IMG/VR virus record: IMGVR_UViG_3300033068_001067
Location: 2,312 to 66,311 of that record
Origin: a virus
Taxonomy: Duplodnaviria; Caudoviricetes
Length of the DNA: 64,000 nucleotides
Reading direction: 5' to 3' (one strand)
Shown: piece after piece, positions 1-9,193 of the stretch
How positions within the stretch are numbered: the stretch's first letter is position 1
Layout: every line of letters begins with the position of its first letter
Notes under the pieces: model-generated
Told to the model about the DNA's origin: nothing
The model's database searches: none
What the model saw: the letters and a program-made list of their open reading frames with translations, nothing else
Program-made: the position numbers and the translations under genes

Positions 1-76
1 ACTCTTGTTTATGAGGGTTCTGATTGATTTTTTTGCCTGTCAAAGTAAGCATTGTTTACACTCAAAACTATAAAAT

Positions 77-289
77 ATGCCAATCACTAAAAAAATTACA
101 GCAATTGATGAAACCACTATTAGCGAATCTAATTGGTTGGAGTTAGAAATGTATATAAATGAAGAAGATAGATTGTATATCAATGTTGGTATTTTATCTG
201 AAATGCACTTTAATGGTAGCATTACTTTAAATAAAGAGGATGCAAAAGAGTTAGCTAATGAATTATTAAACCTTTTAAAAGACCTATAA
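77..289 (+). CDS. hypothetical phage protein (70 aa)
   Basis: ORF on the local coding strand; stop abuts the next start. Confidence 0.7.
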   Translation: MPITKKITAIDETTISESNWLELEMYINEEDRLYINVGILSEMHFNGSITLNKEDAKELANELLNLLKDL

Positions 290-291
290 GA

Positions 292-1119
292 ATGGCTTGG
301 ATTAAAATTGATAGAGGGATAATGGATAGTTATTGCTTTGCAAATGCAAATCATTTGAAAATTTGGATTTGGATGTTGTTAAAAGCTAATTACAAAAAAA
401 GCTATGCTAATTTAAAGATAGGGAAAGGGAGTACAACCGTTATGGTTGAAAGGGGGCAGCTTTTATTTGGTAGGATGAAAGCAGAAGAAGAACTTGGGAT
501 AGATGGTTCTATTGTTTATAGGGTACTACAAAGGTTTCAAGAACTTGGTCAAATAAAAATAGATTCGAGCAGCCAATATTCTATTATAACTATCTGTAAT
601 TATGATAGTTATCAAAGCGGCAATCAAGAAGAAGAACAACCAACGAGCAGCCAAAGAGCAAGCAAAGAACAACCAACGAGCAGCGAATGTATTACCGATG
701 TAATACCAGAGAACACATCTAAAGAAGTTCTAAAGAAGAATAAAGAAGATAAAGAAATAAATATAGCCTTTGATGCTTTTTGGGATTTGTATGAAAAGAA
801 AGTTGGCGATAAGGATAAATTAAAAAAGAAGTGGGGAGCATTAACGGATAAAGAGAGAGAATTAACAATGCTGCACATCCCGAAGTATAAACTTTCAGAA
901 CCCAATAAAAAGTTTAGGAAAGACCCATCTACCTATTTGAATAATAAGGCGTTTAATGACGAGATAATCGGGTTAGACGACCAACCACTAGCCAAACTAC
1001 CCGTTATAGCCGCAGATGGCGCTCAAAAAGAGTATTGGGAGATACATTATGGACACATGGCTAATTCAAAAGAAGAATTTATGGAACTTGTAGAAAAAGG
1101 AATAATTACAGACTTTTAA
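292..1119 (+). CDS. phage replication initiator / replisome organizer (lambda O-like layout)
   Basis: N-terminal MAWIKIDR...IWIWMLLKAN...RGQ...IITICNYDSYQ winged-helix region, low-complexity linker with DNA repeats, C-terminal FDAFWDLYEKK...DPSTYLN domain; directly upstream of primase-helicase. Confidence 0.8.
   Translation: MAWIKIDRGIMDSYCFANANHLKIWIWMLLKANYKKSYANLKIGKGSTTVMVERGQLLFGRMKAEEELGIDGSIVYRVLQRFQELGQIKIDSSSQYSIITICNYDSYQSGNQEEEQPTSSQRASKEQPTSSECITDVIPENTSKEVLKKNKEDKEINIAFDAFWDLYEKKVGDKDKLKKKWGALTDKERELTMLHIPKYKLSEPNKKFRKDPSTYLNNKAFNDEIIGLDDQPLAKLPVIAADGAQKEYWEIHYGHMANSKEEFMELVEKGIITDF
632..684. repeat. two 20-bp direct repeats (AAGAACAACCAACGAGCAGC), candidate iterons/origin
   Basis: Identical copies at 632-651 and 665-684 inside the initiator linker. 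Confidence 0.55.
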
Positions 1120-1135
1120 AAAATACGACACAAAA

Positions 1136-2980
1136 ATGTTTACGAACCTTAACGAACTGAAAAATCAAGCAAGCATTTATGATGTGGTAAACCGATATGT
1201 GAAATTGAAAAAGCATGGGGCGGGATATGTTGGTTCTTGTCCATTCCATAGTGAGAAAACCCCTTCATTCAATGTTTTTACAAAAACCAACCGATTTAAG
1301 TGTTTTGGGTGTGGTAAGTCGGGAGATGTTATCGAATTTGTTTCTTCGCATGATAATGTTGGTTTTATTGAAGCGGTAAAAAGGGTTGCTGAAATAGTTG
1401 GTTTCCCAATAGAAACCGAGAGTAAAACGATTGTAAGACCAATACCGAGACTAGAAAAACTATCAAAGGAGTTTTTAGACAATTTTGAAAATGTAAGAAA
1501 AATAAGCAACAACACGCTACTTAGGTTTAACATCACAGAAGCAACCGAGTGGATGCCCAAAGCCAAAAAAGAGATTAAGGTTATTTGCTTTAACTACATG
1601 AGAGACGGGGAAGTGGTAAACATAAAGTTTAGGGGTAAGAATAAGGATATGAAGTTGGCAAAAGACGCAGAACTTATTTTTTACAACATAGATGCTATTT
1701 CAGATACCGATGAATGTGTTATTGTGGAAGGTGAAATTGATTGTTTAAGCATGTATGAAGCAGGGGTGCATAATTGTGTAAGTGTGCCAAATGGGGCTAA
1801 TAACAACCTAAAATACATAGACAACTGTTACGATTACTTTGTTGGTAAAAAGAAAATAATTATTGCAGTTGATAACGATGAAGCTGGTAGAACCCTTAGA
1901 AATGAATTACTTTTTAGGTTTGGAATAGATAGGTGTTACCTTGTAGAATTTCCCGAAGATTGCAAAGATTCTAACGATGTTTTGATTAAGTACGGTAAAG
2001 AAAAACTATCAGAAATAGTTAAAGCGGCAAGCCCAATACCGCTAGAGGGTTTAGTACCCGAAAGAGAGAGAAGCGAAGAAATTTTTTCAATGCACAGGAA
2101 TGGGATGCCAAAGGGTACACCTGCGGGAATATTCGGATTAGACCACTACATAAGATTTGGCGAAGGATTAGTTACAATAATTACAGGCTCACCCGGAAGT
2201 GGGAAAAGCGAATTTTTAGATTACATTTTAGCTGGATTAGCCGTTAAAGAAGGTTGGCGGTTTGGTGTTTTTAGTTTTGAAAATCAGCCAACAAAAATAC
2301 ATGATGCAAAACTTTTAGAAAAGATTATAGGGAAAGCATTTGCCTACCGAAAGGATGCACAAAATAGAATTACAGAAAATCAAATAGCAGAAGTTTTACC
2401 CGAACTTTTTGATAAGTTTAAGTTGATGGATAAAACAAAGATTGATTTATCTTTTGAGGGGATATTGAATAAAGCAGAAGAATTAATTATGAAATTTGGG
2501 ATTAAAGGACTGGTGATTGACCCATACAACAAAATCCTACACAATATGCCAAGTGGTATGACGGAAACAAACTACATCAATACCTTTATGACAAGGCTAA
2601 CATCTTTTGCCCAAAAATGGAATATTCATATTTTTCTAGTCGCCCACCCTACAAAACTAATAACTGATAAAAACACCAAGAAGCAAGAAAGACCAACATT
2701 ATACAGTATAGCAGGGTCGGCTAACTTTTACAACCAAACTGATAATGGGTTTGTAGTGTACAGGGATAAAGAAACCAAAGTAGTAGATGTGTATGTAGAA
2801 AAAATAAGGTTTAGTGAGCAAGGGCAATTAGGGTTTGTTAGTTTCTATTTTGATACAATGACAAGACAATATAGCTATGCCACAAGCCTACACCCAATAA
2901 CAGCAGAAGGTAAGCTAGAAACAACAAAAGCCGCCTACACAGGAGATATTGAACTAAAAGATAACGAAATACCATTTTAA
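1136..2980 (+). CDS. primase-helicase (CHC2 zinc finger + TOPRIM + SF4/Twinkle-like helicase)
   Basis: CPFHSEKTPSF...KCFGC zinc finger; IVEGEIDCLS and IAVDNDEAG TOPRIM motifs; GSPGSGKS Walker A; LVIDPYN Walker B; LVAHP. Confidence 0.93.
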   Translation: MFTNLNELKNQASIYDVVNRYVKLKKHGAGYVGSCPFHSEKTPSFNVFTKTNRFKCFGCGKSGDVIEFVSSHDNVGFIEAVKRVAEIVGFPIETESKTIVRPIPRLEKLSKEFLDNFENVRKISNNTLLRFNITEATEWMPKAKKEIKVICFNYMRDGEVVNIKFRGKNKDMKLAKDAELIFYNIDAISDTDECVIVEGEIDCLSMYEAGVHNCVSVPNGANNNLKYIDNCYDYFVGKKKIIIAVDNDEAGRTLRNELLFRFGIDRCYLVEFPEDCKDSNDVLIKYGKEKLSEIVKAASPIPLEGLVPERERSEEIFSMHRNGMPKGTPAGIFGLDHYIRFGEGLVTIITGSPGSGKSEFLDYILAGLAVKEGWRFGVFSFENQPTKIHDAKLLEKIIGKAFAYRKDAQNRITENQIAEVLPELFDKFKLMDKTKIDLSFEGILNKAEELIMKFGIKGLVIDPYNKILHNMPSGMTETNYINTFMTRLTSFAQKWNIHIFLVAHPTKLITDKNTKKQERPTLYSIAGSANFYNQTDNGFVVYRDKETKVVDVYVEKIRFSEQGQLGFVSFYFDTMTRQYSYATSLHPITAEGKLETTKAAYTGDIELKDNEIPF

Positions 2981-2992
2981 AAACAAACAACC

Positions 2993-3340
2993 ATGAAACA
3001 GTTTACAAACGGCAACGGTACAGACAGGAATATTTACATAGATACAGATGAAGTAGGGTTTATTAATTTCTACTATGTAGATAACTACAAAAGAACAATG
3101 CAGTATGTACTTGATATGCAAGAAAGAGAAATACCAATAGAAGAAGATGATGCTGTACCACAACCCTTTTATTCAATTATGAAAGACTATTGGATTGCTG
3201 ATACAAGAGAAAGATTAGATAGAGAAGATAACTTTCATTATCACATGAAACAGAAAAATTGGTTTACCCAAGAAATGTACAATTACATAAACAAACAACT
3301 TAACGTAAAAGAGCCATGCCTAAATTCTATTCCAAGATAA
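2993..3340 (+). CDS. hypothetical protein
   Basis: ORF in tightly packed + strand block. Confidence 0.65.
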   Translation: MKQFTNGNGTDRNIYIDTDEVGFINFYYVDNYKRTMQYVLDMQEREIPIEEDDAVPQPFYSIMKDYWIADTRERLDREDNFHYHMKQKNWFTQEMYNYINKQLNVKEPCLNSIPR

Positions 3341-3528
3341 TGTTTCCTACTGATGGTAGTGAAGCTAAATTAGTAGAAGTTTTAACCCATGATGGGAGAG
3401 TAAAAATGAAAGAAGAAGTAGCTGTATATTCCTATGTGAAGTCAATTACTAAAATGGGGATGGAACTTAAAATATCACAATCTCAATTTGATAACTTTGT
3501 AAGGAATGGAATTTTAATCGAAATTTAA
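3316..3528 (+). CDS. hypothetical protein
   Basis: ORF overlapping the preceding stop. Confidence 0.6.
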   Translation: MPKFYSKIMFPTDGSEAKLVEVLTHDGRVKMKEEVAVYSYVKSITKMGMELKISQSQFDNFVRNGILIEI

Positions 3529-3560
3529 GGTGTTGTATGAGAAAGTGATTTTACCTTTGA

Positions 3561-3752
3561 ATGGAAATGATATATGCGGTAATTTCAAATAGAGAGGAAA
3601 AGATATACAAGGTAATAACACTTGTAGAAGCGAAAGAGTTTAACTTGTTTCCTTTTGATACTATTGTTCCTTTCTTTGAAAAAAAATATTGTGATTTGGA
3701 AGTGGGAGTTTTAAAAGTAAAAGGGTATCGAGAATTTAAAATACAAAACTAA
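3561..3752 (+). CDS. hypothetical protein
   Basis: ORF in packed block. Confidence 0.55.
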   Translation: MEMIYAVISNREEKIYKVITLVEAKEFNLFPFDTIVPFFEKKYCDLEVGVLKVKGYREFKIQN

Positions 3753-3755
3753 TTT

Positions 3756-3986
3756 ATGACAAAGAAGCAATGGAATAATATAACGGTTGGAACAAAGGTT
3801 TGGATGAAGCATAATGGGCTTGAATGGGTTGATGGCAAGTGCTTACCAAAAACCGTTTACTTGATAGGAGTAATAAAACGCATTAATTCAAACGGTAGTC
3901 AAGCATTAGTAGATTGGGGTAATAATGAAATTTGGTATGGTCGTTTATCCCTAGAGTTAATGGACAGTTTCCCAAATCAAATATAA
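3756..3986 (+). CDS. hypothetical protein (small beta-rich)
   Basis: ORF in packed block. Confidence 0.6.
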   Translation: MTKKQWNNITVGTKVWMKHNGLEWVDGKCLPKTVYLIGVIKRINSNGSQALVDWGNNEIWYGRLSLELMDSFPNQI

Positions 3987-4168
3987 TTTAACCAAAACCA
4001 ACTATTATGTTTCAAGCACTTTACATAGCTAAGAATGTACAAACCCGATTATTATTTTCTAAACCCAAAAAGAAATGCAAGACAAGGACAACGCACCGAT
4101 ATTTAATGGCGGTGAAGGCGCAGAAAGCGAACAAGAATTAGATTACCCTGATTTTCACGAGCATTTTT

Positions 4169-4477
4169 AACGTTTTGCGGATTTATAGATATGAGAAACA
4201 AAGCAAAAAAAATATTATTTAAAGAACTTGAAAAATCAGGGTGGCAATGGGCTATTTTTAGTGAAGATGAGCCAAACAAGAATAATGGCATAATAGAATG
4301 TGTGTTAGACGCAATGGAAAAATTTAAAAATTTGCAGACACAAACTGTTAGCAGCAACAAGGCGAAGTTGTTTTGCCGACTTCATTCAATGCGTAAAAAC
4401 TGCCGAGAATACCGAAACAATAAAAATAGCTGTAAAACTTGCCCACATTTTATAGAGGTAAAATAATTACCGCTAAC
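4169..4477 (-). mobile_element. degenerate attC/cassette relic outside the main array
   Basis: AACGTTTTGCGG at 4169-4180 is the reverse complement of the array arm CCGCAAAACGTT; GTTAGCAGCAA (4347) and TTACCGCTAAC (4467-4477) form a cassette-end pair. Confidence 0.55.
4191..4466 (+). CDS. hypothetical protein with Cys-rich C-terminus; reads through the relic attC box
   Basis: ORF; QTVSSN is encoded by the GTT box. Confidence 0.6.
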   Translation: MRNKAKKILFKELEKSGWQWAIFSEDEPNKNNGIIECVLDAMEKFKNLQTQTVSSNKAKLFCRLHSMRKNCREYRNNKNSCKTCPHFIEVK

Positions 4478-4523
4478 ACATTAATTACTTCGCATACTCA
4501 AATGGGCTTAAATATTCAGATTT

Positions 4524-4724
4524 ATGACAGAAGATAAAGTAAAAATAGTTGTTGATGAAATTGCATCTTGTGTGCAAAAACTTCAAGAATTAAACAAAAA
4601 ATATCCTAATACTATTCAAATTCACATGGGTAGTGCAAAAATGGGAGACGCTTTTTTATTTAATATTGATTTACTTAGGTTAATTAAACAAGTAGAAGAT
4701 GACAACAGAACAACAAGCGGATAG
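4524..4724 (+). CDS. hypothetical protein
   Basis: ORF in packed block. Confidence 0.6.
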   Translation: MTEDKVKIVVDEIASCVQKLQELNKKYPNTIQIHMGSAKMGDAFLFNIDLLRLIKQVEDDNRTTSG

Positions 4725-4932
4725 GCTACTAGATGAAATACGTTCCATTATTAAACGTGGGGTGTATGCTTTTAACCCTAAGTCTATCCATGCCAACTAC
4801 GAAACCAATTATGAAAAAGCAGTAAGAGATATGGCTATTTGGTATTGCCAAAAAATGAAACACATAACAGAACCATTTGAAGGAGATTATTGGTATGATG
4901 TGGAAACTGTAATCATTGAAAAAACTAAATAA
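4699..4932 (+). CDS. hypothetical protein
   Basis: MTTEQQA...YWYDV small-protein type; overlaps the previous ORF. Confidence 0.6.
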   Translation: MTTEQQADRLLDEIRSIIKRGVYAFNPKSIHANYETNYEKAVRDMAIWYCQKMKHITEPFEGDYWYDVETVIIEKTK

Positions 4933-4934
4933 TT

Positions 4935-5135
4935 ATGAGTGTAGATGCTTTAATTGAACAAAACAACAAACAAGCTAGACTTTATATGCAAGCATATAGC
5001 AAGTCGTTAGTAATTGATTTTATAAAGTGGAATACAAAAAGAACCGATGCAGAAGCAGAAGAACTTTTTGACCTTTTTAAAAAACAAAGGATGGAAGAAA
5101 TGAATTTAGAACTTAATAAAATAACAAAAAAATGA
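4935..5135 (+). CDS. hypothetical protein
   Basis: ORF in packed block. Confidence 0.6.
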   Translation: MSVDALIEQNNKQARLYMQAYSKSLVIDFIKWNTKRTDAEAEELFDLFKKQRMEEMNLELNKITKK

Positions 5136-5335
5136 GAAAGCTATTTGTTTTACTCCTACTTACTTCCGCTTTTATTTCTTGTACTACTCAAAGAAAACCA
5201 ATATACACCATAGAAAAATTTGTAGTAGAGAAATGTGATAAAGGTTATCCCGTTCTTAAAAAACTAAAAGTAGAAAAGCACCCACAAGTAGGAGATACTA
5301 TTTACAGACTAAAAAGAGTTGAACCAAGTTTTTAA
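5132..5335 (+). CDS. small putative lipoprotein
   Basis: MRK + hydrophobic stretch + FIS-C lipobox-like cleavage site. Confidence 0.65.
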   Translation: MRKLFVLLLLTSAFISCTTQRKPIYTIEKFVVEKCDKGYPVLKKLKVEKHPQVGDTIYRLKRVEPSF

Positions 5336-5350
5336 CCAAAACCATAAACA

Positions 5351-5632
5351 ATGAAACTAGACAAACCAAACAACCAAACAGCAGAAGTGCTTTATGAGTT
5401 ACTCAAAGCAAAACGAAGATTATCATTTGGGGATATTTATAATGCCACACATGCCATAAATCTCGGACAAAGGCTTGCGCATCTAAGAAGAAACGGGTTG
5501 CTTGTGCCTTGTTTAAGAATGAAAACCAAAAACAAACACAATAGACCTGTAACATACGGTACATGGAGTATAGCAGGTGAAAAAGAAAAAGCCATTGAAG
5601 TTTATAACAAGATAAACAAGCCTAAGAAATGA
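5351..5632 (+). CDS. winged helix-turn-helix DNA-binding protein
   Basis: LGQRLAHLRRNG recognition-helix pattern followed by a beta wing. Confidence 0.6.
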   Translation: MKLDKPNNQTAEVLYELLKAKRRLSFGDIYNATHAINLGQRLAHLRRNGLLVPCLRMKTKNKHNRPVTYGTWSIAGEKEKAIEVYNKINKPKK

Positions 5633-5970
5633 GTGAAAGTTTAACCAAAGGCTGCTACCATATAGCTATTGCAAAACAGTATCTTGAAGCATTCCATGTA
5701 GAGTGTAAACAAGAGGGTAAAAGACAAGCTGATTTGTGGGTTAAAAAAGTAGATTTTTTACTAAATGATGTATATTCAAGATTAACCCCAAAGGGTAGAG
5801 AGTTATTCCAATCTGAAATACTAAGGGGTGATACATTGTTTTTTGAGAACATATCTGAAATGATATTAAGACTAAGCCCCGACCAAAGAGAAGCACTAGA
5901 AGAAGTACTAACAGCCATGTCAAAAGGTGAAACAATAAAAGTTATACAAGATGGAGATACCAATTACTAA
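5629..5970 (+). CDS. hypothetical protein
   Basis: ORF; ATGA overlap with the previous gene. Confidence 0.65.
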   Translation: MSESLTKGCYHIAIAKQYLEAFHVECKQEGKRQADLWVKKVDFLLNDVYSRLTPKGRELFQSEILRGDTLFFENISEMILRLSPDQREALEEVLTAMSKGETIKVIQDGDTNY

Positions 5971-6385
5971 AGAAGAAATAGAACTATTAAAGGAAGAATT
6001 AAACAAAACATTTAGCCAAAGAAAAAGATTAGGTTCAATAGACTTTTACATGAACACTAATTTAATGGACACAAAAAAGTACAAAACAGCATACCAAAGA
6101 CAAGAGATATTGCGTAATTGGCAAAACGGAATAAGAGGGTTAATGGCGTCCTTCCACAAGTTCCATTATGTAATTAAAGACATTGAATTAATTGAAAAAA
6201 AGAGTCCATATAAACCCATAACCAACAGACCAATTAAAAAAAGAACACTAAACCCACACCCATTAAAACCAAAAAGAAAATACACAAAACCCGAACCAAT
6301 AAGAAGAAAAATAGAAGAACCAATCCCAAAAATAATCCGACCAAAAGGAGAATACTCAAACCAAAGACTGTATGATTATATTTAA
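5951..6385 (+). CDS. hypothetical basic protein
   Basis: ORF; K/R/P-rich C-terminus. Confidence 0.6.
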   Translation: MEIPITKEEIELLKEELNKTFSQRKRLGSIDFYMNTNLMDTKKYKTAYQRQEILRNWQNGIRGLMASFHKFHYVIKDIELIEKKSPYKPITNRPIKKRTLNPHPLKPKRKYTKPEPIRRKIEEPIPKIIRPKGEYSNQRLYDYI

Positions 6386-6402
6386 CCCTAAAACTTTTAA
6401 AA

Positions 6403-6642
6403 ATGGATAACGAAAAGCAAGCAACAACAATAGTTAGATTTAGAGAAGAACATCAAAGTTTTTTTGATTTTTTTGCAACAAAAGTAAATGTAGGCGAAGA
6501 TGAATACTATATGTTTCCTACTATCTATAAAAAATGGAAGAATTGTTTTTATGAACCTATATCAGTTGAAGATTTTAAAAAGATATTAGCTGAAAACAAA
6601 ATTGATTTAACTGAACAAATACTTGCAGACCAATGGAAGTAG
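6403..6642 (+). CDS. hypothetical protein
   Basis: ORF with A-rich leader. Confidence 0.6.
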   Translation: MDNEKQATTIVRFREEHQSFFDFFATKVNVGEDEYYMFPTIYKKWKNCFYEPISVEDFKKILAENKIDLTEQILADQWK

Positions 6643-6674
6643 TACTAATTATTTAAGCATAATTAATAAACCCA

Positions 6675-6682
6675 TAAATTTG
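6675..6682 (+). promoter_or_regulatory. Bacteroidota-type -7 promoter box (TAAATTTG)
   Basis: Matches TAnnTTTG, 17 nt upstream of the groES start. Confidence 0.5.
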
Positions 6683-6699
6683 TAACTTAAACTTAAAAC

Positions 6700-6996
6700 A
6701 TGGCATCAAACATTAAACCATTAAGAGGTAGGGTATTAATCAGACCCCTAAAAGAAGAAGAAAAGAAAACCGAAAGTGGCATTATCATTCCCGAAACATT
6801 CAAAGACAGCATGGTAAAGGGGGAAGTAGTCGCAATAGGTAGCGGTCATATCGCTATGGAAACAGGGGTAATTATCCCGCTTGAAGTAAAAGAAGGAGAC
6901 AAGGTACTGTATGGCAGGGGTGAAAGCAACGTAATAACAGTAGATGGCGAAGAACTATTAATGATGTTAGAGCATAACATAGATGCTGTAATTTAG
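6700..6996 (+). CDS. groES: co-chaperonin GroES (Cpn10)
   Basis: IKPLRGRVLI...KTESGIIIP...GEVVAIGSG...VKEGDKVLY signature. Confidence 0.93.
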   Translation: MASNIKPLRGRVLIRPLKEEEKKTESGIIIPETFKDSMVKGEVVAIGSGHIAMETGVIIPLEVKEGDKVLYGRGESNVITVDGEELLMMLEHNIDAVI

Positions 6997-7016
6997 TGTT
7001 TCTGTTTTTAAGGGTT

Positions 7017-7047
7017 AATGCAGTCAATTATTTGGCTGCATTTTTTA
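7017..7047 (+). terminator. rho-independent terminator
   Basis: AATGCAGTCAA/TTGGCTGCATT stem followed by a T run, downstream of groES. Confidence 0.6.
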
Positions 7048-7057
7048 TTTGCCGAAA

Positions 7058-7075
7058 TTAAAAAAACCTTAATTT
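7058..7075 (+). promoter_or_regulatory. late-promoter motif TTAAAAAAACCTTAATTT, copy 1
   Basis: Recurs at 36620 and 42688, each upstream of a virion gene block. Confidence 0.55.
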
Positions 7076-7084
7076 TACAAACGT

Positions 7085-7924
7085 ATGAGCCAAAATATCA
7101 AACCCATAAAGAAAGTTTTACTAACAATAGACAAAGCGTTAGAAGATGAAATTGCTTTAGGTGGCGGCATAAAGCTATACAAAGACCCTGCTTATAACCC
7201 CGAATGGAATGTAAGCGTAACGGGGAAGATAGCTGAAATACCAAGCAATAGCCCTATCCCTGTAAAGAAAGGGGATGAAGTTGCTTTTTCATACAAGGTA
7301 GTAGCCGAAACTACATTTAACGACAACGAAAAGCATGTATTCCATTCTATGACAGACGACCTAAACCCTAAGTTTAGAAAGTTTGCAAATGCTTTAGGAG
7401 AGTGGATTATAGTTAGGGCAATACCGGGCATCTTAACCCTAAGATGGATTGGAGTTTACAAAAACAAGTATGGAAAAGTAGTTACAGGGGTGGATGGTAC
7501 AGAACAAGATTTAAACAAGTTTCTTTCTCAATTTTCATTTCAGCAAACTGATAATGTTACCTACAACAACCTAATTAGGCACAATAATCAAACTTATTGG
7601 AAGGCTGATTACGACCAAATATTCGCCAAAAAAGTAAAAGGACATATCACATCAATCAGTAACAGAGTAATTTGCTTCCCCATTGATATTGATGTACCCG
7701 AAGAACAAAGGGTAATAAATGGCGTACACATACCCGATATGCTAATGAGTACAAGGTTACAAGACAGAGCAAGGGTATTAACAGGTGGGGCTTCTTACGG
7801 TATAAAGAAAGACGATATTGTTATCTTCAATCCAAAATACTTAGAAAAGTATGAATTGTGGGGAAGGGAATATTATGTAATTAAAGAAAACCGAATTGAA
7901 GCGATATGGCAGCAAGGAACATAA
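7085..7924 (+). CDS. protein with two GroES-like domains
   Basis: N-terminal IKPIKKVLL...GGGIKL...VKKGDEVAF; C-terminal SNRVIC...GVHIP...IKKDDIVIF...YYVIKENRIEA. Confidence 0.65.
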   Translation: MSQNIKPIKKVLLTIDKALEDEIALGGGIKLYKDPAYNPEWNVSVTGKIAEIPSNSPIPVKKGDEVAFSYKVVAETTFNDNEKHVFHSMTDDLNPKFRKFANALGEWIIVRAIPGILTLRWIGVYKNKYGKVVTGVDGTEQDLNKFLSQFSFQQTDNVTYNNLIRHNNQTYWKADYDQIFAKKVKGHITSISNRVICFPIDIDVPEEQRVINGVHIPDMLMSTRLQDRARVLTGGASYGIKKDDIVIFNPKYLEKYELWGREYYVIKENRIEAIWQQGT

Positions 7925-8550
7925 ATCAGATACATAACTTCATTTCCTTCATTATAAGGAAAGAACGAGGTGCTTTTATAACACCTGCGGAAATTGACAA
8001 TGCACTAGAAGCGGGTCAATTAGAAGTTATCGAGGATTATTTTAAGCTGTATGGCATGACACAGCAAATACACGATGCCCTAAACCCCGTTAAGGTATTT
8101 GCTTCAATTACAACCGATGCTAGTGGAGAAGTCAATTTTGGGACAAACCACTTACACTTATTACCACTAACTTATACGGTAGATGGTAGTACGATTAGTA
8201 GAATTAGGATTTTACAAGACAACGAATGGGTAGATGCCTTAACAAGCCAACTAAGACCCGCGACAAGAGAAACACCAATAGCAAGAACATTATCTACAAA
8301 GATGCAGATATACCCTGCGGGTGTTTATACGGTATTCATTTCATACATAAAAAGACCCGAAAAGCCAACTTTTGGATATACACAATCAGGTAGGACTATC
8401 ACTTATGACCCAACAAGCAGCACACAAATAGAATTAGGAGATGCCTATGTAGATAAGATTATTGCGAAAGCACTAGCTTATTTGGGTATCAATATGAACG
8501 AAAACGACATTATTCAATTCAGTAACATGCAAGACGCTAAAACATCATAA
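7906..8550 (+). CDS. virion structural protein, tail ring/adaptor-like
   Basis: IIRKERGAFITPAEID...QLE start resembles ring proteins of Bacteroidota podophages; position upstream of the muzzle-like gene. Confidence 0.55.
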   Translation: MAARNINQIHNFISFIIRKERGAFITPAEIDNALEAGQLEVIEDYFKLYGMTQQIHDALNPVKVFASITTDASGEVNFGTNHLHLLPLTYTVDGSTISRIRILQDNEWVDALTSQLRPATRETPIARTLSTKMQIYPAGVYTVFISYIKRPEKPTFGYTQSGRTITYDPTSSTQIELGDAYVDKIIAKALAYLGINMNENDIIQFSNMQDAKTS

Positions 8551-9191
8551 TGGCAACTAAATACTTTATAGCAGAACAAATCCTTTTTAGGTTAGCAGGT
8601 GGCGACCCATTGGTTACTACCCCTGTTGAAAGAGAAGATTTATATGCTGCTATCAACGATAAGGTAAATGCAATGTTAAAGGGGGAATACTTCGCTATGA
8701 CATTGGCACAAGGTGAAAGTTTACCCGAAAACTTATTGTTAGCAACCTATGATAATATAGCCGTTACTTCAAATAATGGTAGGTCAAAAGCTACGTTACC
8801 TGCTACCCCTATTTCTCTTCAAAGGAATATGGGAATATTTCAGATATACAATCCCGATTATCCCGATGCTTTATTCATCCCCCTAATGGCAGGGCAAAGG
8901 GCTTTATTGCAATCTCAAAAGTTGTTATCAGGGTTGTTTGGACAAATTTCATACGAACCCTATGGTATGCAAATAATATTTGACAGGGATTTAACCCTAT
9001 TAGGGATGGATACGGTAAGTATGAGATTGGTGGTATTTGAGATTTCACAATACAGCGTAACCGAAAGACTGCCAATACCAAGTGATTATGTAGAAAAGAT
9101 AATTAACGAATTGGTAGAAAGTTTTGGTTCAGTACCTTCAAAATCAGGTATTGTAGATAATTATACAGATAAAATGCCTAATACTCAATAA
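8550..9191 (+). CDS. virion structural protein, tail ring-like
   Basis: Size and position in the ring cluster. Confidence 0.5.
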   Translation: MATKYFIAEQILFRLAGGDPLVTTPVEREDLYAAINDKVNAMLKGEYFAMTLAQGESLPENLLLATYDNIAVTSNNGRSKATLPATPISLQRNMGIFQIYNPDYPDALFIPLMAGQRALLQSQKLLSGLFGQISYEPYGMQIIFDRDLTLLGMDTVSMRLVVFEISQYSVTERLPIPSDYVEKIINELVESFGSVPSKSGIVDNYTDKMPNTQ

Positions 9192-9193
9192 CA

